From NCBI RefSeq assembly GCF_000039765.1, contig NC_004459.3:2181127-2213126 (forward strand): a DNA stretch of 32,000 nt, in the 5' to 3' direction. This DNA is from Vibrio vulnificus CMCP6 (GTDB lineage Bacteria; Pseudomonadota; Gammaproteobacteria; Enterobacterales; Vibrionaceae). Below are positions 27,506 to 32,000 of the stretch, in pieces; position 1 is the first letter of the stretch; each line of letters opens with the position of its first letter. Position numbers and translations under genes: made by a program. The notes beneath the pieces are model-generated. The model was not told the origin of the DNA and searched no databases. It saw nothing but the letters and a program-made list of their open reading frames with translations.

Positions 27506-29296
27506 CTAATCCGCTGACCACACATTACGAATATCTGGCCAGCCCCAGTTGGTGAGCGCAACGTCATGAAGCACCCCGTGAAAGCGCAAAGTCTGACGAT
27601 GATGAAACAGAGGAGTAAGCCAACACTCACTAATGAGCAGTGATGCAATCGGCTCTAACTGTTGCAGATACTCGTGCAGGGGTACCTGCTCTCTCAGCAG
27701 AGTTAACTGATTGAGCAACCAAGCTTTGTCGCTTTCAGTCATGCAAGCATGAAGAATCGGATTACTAAACAGCATGGCAAAGGCCGAGGGATGTCGATTG
27801 TCATCCAGATTAAGGCTGGTGAGCACTAAATCTTCATCCCATTGCTGATCTAAACTGCGCTGATGTAATTCTTGATAGGTATAGCAACGAATCACCACTT
27901 CAATGCCAATCTTGGCTAGCAGCCTAGCAATGGCATTCGCACAAATATTCAACGCAGTGTAATTGTAAACCGCGAGGGTGATTCGTCGAGGCAGCGAAAC
28001 GACGTTCGCTGGCGTTTTGAGTACAGCACGCCAATGTGGCAGCAAATTGGCGGCGTGGACAACGCCAAACATATTGCCGTGACGACGGATCTCCTCCTCA
28101 ATGGCGGATGGGCTGAGCATCTGCATCAAGTAGTGGCGCTGAGCATAATCAAGAGGCAGGGGAGCGCGCTGATTAAAAAGCAGCATCAAACATCCATCTT
28201 CTACTCGGCTATGTTGTTGCTCGGAATCATTAGGTTGTCGTTGTTTGGCATTCTTTGTGACGTTGAAACTGCAAGGCGTTGGTGGCGATTCTGGATGGTT
28301 GGTTTCAATCAACGTCGCGCTTAAGCGCTCTTCATCTACCCGCCAGATGGTTACTTTTTCTGTCAATGCTCGGCACGCATAAAACTGATTAAACGCTTTT
28401 AAGCAGAGCTTATTCTCATTGTGTTCCGTCACTTCAAAGGCGCCACTGCCCACAACGGGTATGCGACGCTCGCGAAGGCCAGCAACGTTGTTGAGCTGGC
28501 TAACTGGCTGTATCGCGTATTTCACGCCTGTAATCAGCCCTGCAAAACCAAGATCGGGTCGATCGAGGGAGAACACCACCTTAAAAGGCGTTGGCGCTTT
28601 GATGTCGACAACGTGAGCCAGCTCTTGTTGATGACTTGGCAAGCGGGACAGTTTGGCAAATAGACTCACAATGCTCGCTGCATCAATGGCGGCGCCGTTG
28701 TGAAACGTCAACCCCGGCCGCAGATGGAAAGTCCATTGCAACAACTGAGTATCATAGTGCCAATGGTGTGCCAGCTCTGGTTGAATCTGGCCATGGGTAT
28801 CAACGGACACCAAACAACAATAGATCTGGCGAATTAAGAAACGTTCGCTACTGCGTTGTGGAAGATGGGGCAATAATGGCTCAAACATGCGCTTGTAAGT
28901 CAGCTGAATATGCAGCCGGCCTTCTTGCAGTGTCGCGCCCGATGTACGTTTCAATAACTTGGCGAAGGCAATGTCATCGTTATCAAGAATAGCGAGGGCT
29001 TTTTCGTATTTGCCGATGCGAACCCGTTTGGCCGCCAGCTCTTCTTTCAACGCAATGAGCTCAAAATTCAATACCAGTGATGAACGATGATGGCGTCCTG
29101 GCTTGGGCGTCCAGCTCAGCCAGCCCACTTGATGCAGCTTCACCAAAAGATTACGCGCATGACGAGTGCTGGTAAAAAGACGATCAGCCAGCTCAGATAG
29201 GGTGGTTTTTATTTCATCTCCCACACCTAATGGGGTCAGTCGCGCGTAATAGCGCAGTAAGTTCAGATCGGACACACATACCTCGGTGAGCATCAT
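27506..29296 (-). CDS. sgrR: SgrR-family transcriptional regulator (N-terminal HTH plus solute-binding-protein-like domain)
   Basis: N-terminal LLRYYARLTPLGVGDEIKTTLSELADRLFTSTRHARNLLVKLHQVGWLSWTPKPGRHHRSSLVL, followed by a SBP_bac_5-like domain (HWHYDTQLLQWTFHLRPGLTFHNGAAIDA). Confidence 0.82.
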   Translation of the reverse strand: MMLTEVCVSDLNLLRYYARLTPLGVGDEIKTTLSELADRLFTSTRHARNLLVKLHQVGWLSWTPKPGRHHRSSLVLNFELIALKEELAAKRVRIGKYEKALAILDNDDIAFAKLLKRTSGATLQEGRLHIQLTYKRMFEPLLPHLPQRSSERFLIRQIYCCLVSVDTHGQIQPELAHHWHYDTQLLQWTFHLRPGLTFHNGAAIDAASIVSLFAKLSRLPSHQQELAHVVDIKAPTPFKVVFSLDRPDLGFAGLITGVKYAIQPVSQLNNVAGLRERRIPVVGSGAFEVTEHNENKLCLKAFNQFYACRALTEKVTIWRVDEERLSATLIETNHPESPPTPCSFNVTKNAKQRQPNDSEQQHSRVEDGCLMLLFNQRAPLPLDYAQRHYLMQMLSPSAIEEEIRRHGNMFGVVHAANLLPHWRAVLKTPANVVSLPRRITLAVYNYTALNICANAIARLLAKIGIEVVIRCYTYQELHQRSLDQQWDEDLVLTSLNLDDNRHPSAFAMLFSNPILHACMTESDKAWLLNQLTLLREQVPLHEYLQQLEPIASLLISECWLTPLFHHRQTLRFHGVLHDVALTNWGWPDIRNVWSAD

Positions 29297-29507
29297 GGAG
29301 AGTGACCATTGTAATGAAAATTGGTGTGGCTAATGGTGAAAACCTTCCGCTTGGTTTGTTCCTCTTTTGCGGGTTTTGAGACAGTTGAGTGCGTAGTGGG
29401 GCAAGAAAAAACGATAAAGCGGAGCGAACGGCAACGCATTGCTCAGTTTTTCTCATCATCTTTGCAAGGCAGAATGAAAGGGTAGAGACAACGCAGGAGG
29501 GCGATGT

Positions 29508-29669
29508 ATGTACCTAACTCAGAAAACGGAAAAGCACCCCATGGCGGAGTATTACCAGCACAGGTTACAACAGAGTCATAGTCGTATTGAGCGTTTGGCT
29601 CTGCTGGCCTTAATGGAGTTGATGTTTGCCCGCTCAGAGCCAGCGCAATCAAGTAAGAATAAACACTAA
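29508..29669 (+). CDS. Small divergent ORF (53 codons), unknown function
   Basis: ATG at 29508 preceded by GCAGGAGGGCG. Translation MYLTQKTEKHPMAEYYQHRLQQSHSRIERLALLALMELMFARSEPAQSSKNKH*. Below the supplied track length cut-off. Confidence 0.5.
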   Translation: MYLTQKTEKHPMAEYYQHRLQQSHSRIERLALLALMELMFARSEPAQSSKNKH

Positions 29670-29768
29670 CTCCGCAAGAATAAACGCAGCACTCTTCACT
29701 GCTCCTGATGGTTCAAATAGCTTTCCCCCAAAGTCTATGGTTGAGTGCTGCTTTTGCCCAATAAACAA

Positions 29769-29792
29769 CTCCCCCAACCGAGGTTGAGGGAG
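29769..29792 (-). terminator. Possible terminator of the AhpD-like gene
   Basis: Stem CTCCC(c)CAACC/GGTTG(a)GGGAG with a very tight loop; on the minus strand it is followed by TTGTTTATT. Confidence 0.4.
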
Positions 29793-29812
29793 CGTGTCTG
29801 AGGCTTACCAGA

Positions 29813-30346
29813 TTAAACGTCCAACGAGACCACCGGGAAATCGATGTCTGTCTCCGCAATGTGGTTTGCGTAGTTGGTAAAGGTGTTAAGTGCGACTTGC
29901 GCTAATACTTCAAACAACAATTCGTTATCGAGCCCCTTCGCTTGTAAATCGGCTAACAGCTCGTTTGAGATCACGCCGCGTTGTGTCACCACCAGTGCTG
30001 CAAATTCAACAATCGCTTGATCAACGCTGTTATCGGCTTCGACTTTACGTGCTGCCACGATTTCTTCTTTGGTTAAACCCGTGCTTGATGCAATCAGCGT
30101 GTGAGCGGATAGGCAGTATTGACAAGCATTGGCTTGACCTACCGCTAAAGCCACCAATTCACGTTGGCGAGCGGTCAGTTTGCCTTTGCCCAGCGAATCA
30201 CCAAACGCCAGAATTGAGTTCAATACCGTTGGCGAGTGAGCGATGGTGGCGTAGAGGTTTGGCACCATACCGAGTTTCTTTTCGATCGCTGATAGTGTGA
30301 TTTCCGCTGCGCCTTGTGGGTTAACCAGTTTTTGGATACGAGACAT
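29813..30346 (-). CDS. Carboxymuconolactone decarboxylase/AhpD-like alkylhydroperoxidase family protein
   Basis: Peroxidatic-type motif ALAVGQANACQYCLSAHTLI (CxxC…H). ATG at 30346; the track start is 30394. Confidence 0.9.
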   Translation of the reverse strand: MSRIQKLVNPQGAAEITLSAIEKKLGMVPNLYATIAHSPTVLNSILAFGDSLGKGKLTARQRELVALAVGQANACQYCLSAHTLIASSTGLTKEEIVAARKVEADNSVDQAIVEFAALVVTQRGVISNELLADLQAKGLDNELLFEVLAQVALNTFTNYANHIAETDIDFPVVSLDV

Positions 30347-30450
30347 AATGTTTTCCTTTTTGTGTGTGCTGATTTGTTGAAGAGATATTGACACAAGAAG
30401 TAAGACGATTTATCACTAAAAGTCTTATTGGATATACCAAGGGTCTTTTT

Positions 30451-31290
30451 ATGGATGCACTATCGGCACTCGTTCAACACGCCGCCCCCAAAGCGAACTT
30501 GTTTTTTAGTGGCAATCTTTGTGGCAGCTCGGAGAGCACAAGCCACGGGCAAGGTGGCCAATTGCACTTACTGAAAAGTGGAGAGCTGAATGTGTATGAG
30601 TCGCACGGGCGCAAACATGTGTTAACTGAACCGACACTCATTTTCTACCCAAAGGGGCGCAAGCATTCTATTCAGTCACGCACGTTACAAGGCTGCGATC
30701 TGGTGTGTGCAACGGTAAGCTTTCAAGATTCCCCTTTATTGAGAGCAATGCCCGAAGTGGTGGTGATTCCGTTAAGTCAATTGACGCATCTTGATTCCGT
30801 GCTGAGCTTGCTGTTTGATGAGGCGTTTTCACAGCGCTACGGTTACGTCGCCAGCATCGCGCATTTGTTGGATCTGCTGTTGATTTTGCTGATCCGCCAT
30901 TTGGTGGCAGAAAACATTTGTCAGGCAGGAGTATTGGCGGCGTTGGCTCATCCGAGATTGGCATCGTCACTTGAGGTGATGCATAACCAAATGGATCATC
31001 CTTGGACAATAGAGAGCCTTGCGCGAGAGGCAGGCATGTCGCGTGCCCGTTTTGCGGCCGTTTTCCAGCAGACGTTAGGACAGCCCCCGCTGACTTACCT
31101 GACAGAAGTTCGTTTACTTAAAGCGCAACAGTTATTGCTTTCAGGACAAGCGATAAAGTCGGTCGCGCTGGAGGTGGGCTACAGTGGCAGTGTTGCTTTT
31201 ACTCGCGCATTTAGCCGATGTTTTGATACCACACCGGCTCAATGGTTAGCGCTTCAGCAAGCACAAGCTCACACGAGTCCTGCTGAATAA
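30451..31290 (+). CDS. AraC-family transcriptional regulator (cupin-type N-terminal domain)
   Basis: WTIESLAREAGMSRARFAAVFQQTLGQPPLTYLTEVRLLKAQQLLLSGQAIKSVALEVGYSGSVAFTRAFSRCFDTTPAQW. Divergent to the AhpD-like gene. Confidence 0.92.
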   Translation: MDALSALVQHAAPKANLFFSGNLCGSSESTSHGQGGQLHLLKSGELNVYESHGRKHVLTEPTLIFYPKGRKHSIQSRTLQGCDLVCATVSFQDSPLLRAMPEVVVIPLSQLTHLDSVLSLLFDEAFSQRYGYVASIAHLLDLLLILLIRHLVAENICQAGVLAALAHPRLASSLEVMHNQMDHPWTIESLAREAGMSRARFAAVFQQTLGQPPLTYLTEVRLLKAQQLLLSGQAIKSVALEVGYSGSVAFTRAFSRCFDTTPAQWLALQQAQAHTSPAE

Positions 31291-31328
31291 GCGGCATTCG
31301 GGAAGTAGAGAAGAGACGAAAAGGCCCC

Positions 31329-32000
31329 TCATGCCACTTCGGGAATCGCTTTTGGCGGCTCTTCCAAATCGGGCTCTTTTTGCACAGTAGGGACTTGACC
31401 TTCACCCACGGCGCTGAGGTAACAGCCACTGAGTTTGATGGCGAGATACATATCCGCGCGCAGCAAAATGCCACCTTCACTGGTGCTGATGCCCGTCAAT
31501 TCACACCACTGACGAAGGCGTCGTTTACGGCCGGCTAGAATCAAGCGAATTCCTCGTTTTTTCAGCGTTTCATGCACATCCGCGAGCGTTGCCATTACAC
31601 TCAAATCTAGGTGAGTGAAGCTAGAAACCGCATCCACCACCACGCAACCCACGTCTTTGGTGTGTTCCGCGTGTTCCAGTAAACGGCGCTTAAAATACGG
31701 TGCGTTGAAGTAGGTGAGTGGCGAGTTAAAACGGTAGATCACCATACCTGGGATCGGAGTCGCTTTGCCTGTGCCGTCGACGGTGCGAATGGTGCCTTCT
31801 TCATCCAACCCAAGCAATTGATCGCTTGGGCGCATAACGATGCGCAAGAACTGGAACAGACCCAACAACACCGCCAAGGTGATGCCCGGTATTACGCCAA
31901 TCACCAGCACAGAAACAAAAGTGATGGAGGCGAGATAGAAGGCGTCTTTGTCACGTTTTCGTAAGATCCAAATGCCTTTAAGATCAAGCAGCGACAGCGA
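31329..32000 (-). CDS. SulP-family anion transporter, C-terminal part with STAS domain (5' end outside window)
   Basis: Frame stays open to the window edge. MVIYRFNSPLTYFNAPYFKRRLLEHAE…VVVDAVSSFTHLDLSVMATLADVHETLKKRGIRLILAG is STAS-like, preceded by hydrophobic segments. Confidence 0.85.
   Translation of the reverse strand, partial: SLSLLDLKGIWILRKRDKDAFYLASITFVSVLVIGVIPGITLAVLLGLFQFLRIVMRPSDQLLGLDEEGTIRTVDGTGKATPIPGMVIYRFNSPLTYFNAPYFKRRLLEHAEHTKDVGCVVVDAVSSFTHLDLSVMATLADVHETLKKRGIRLILAGRKRRLRQWCELTGISTSEGGILLRADMYLAIKLSGCYLSAVGEGQVPTVQKEPDLEEPPKAIPEVA

Noticed and set aside
26451-27648. Multiple ORFs on both strands in the repeat array (e.g. 26547-26918, 26602-26805, 26983-27195, 27029-27460)
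   Set aside because: They translate the repeated palindromic DNA (SFSRTREPIHPRPPSASLAK…), appear on both strands and lack RBSs; treated as non-coding repeats.
29297-29505. SgrS-like sRNA between sgrR and the small ORF
   Set aside because: No hairpin plus long T-tract like the SgrS 3' end was seen, and the sequence does not resemble the conserved ptsG-pairing region beyond a short GTGTG-type match.

Overview
The window looks like Vibrio chromosomal sequence; genus is inferred from gene content and is not proven. The backbone genes are a hybrid sensor kinase (5' truncated by the window), AlaE, tRNA-Ser(GGA), a methyl-accepting chemotaxis protein, a D-2-hydroxyacid dehydrogenase, a TerC-family protein, an SgrR-family regulator, a carboxymuconolactone decarboxylase/AhpD-like protein, an AraC regulator and a SulP-type transporter (truncated by the window). 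The main interest is an accessory block beginning at the 3' end of tRNA-Ser. (1) A ~8.8 kb segment (about 2915-11757) is bracketed by a direct copy of the tRNA 3'-end/terminator sequence. It carries a decayed dptF-like fragment and a divergent WYL-domain regulator. It also carries a four-gene SMC-like ATPase / small KITE-like / kleisin-like / TOPRIM-like operon, resembling the plasmid-restricting Wadjet (JetABCD) or MksBEFG condensins. The first three genes run in the order C-B-A-D rather than the usual A-B-C-D. (2) This is followed by a methyltransferase + helicase pair; the helicase has an N-terminal PLD-like domain and what looks like a C-terminal LexA/S24-like domain. (3) A HipBA toxin-antitoxin operon has a readable promoter/operator. 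Further right is a composite intergenic repeat array at 26451-27460, built from two mutually inverted palindromic modules. A 53-codon ORF absent from the supplied track lies divergent to sgrR. All family assignments come from motifs and recall; no database search was run.
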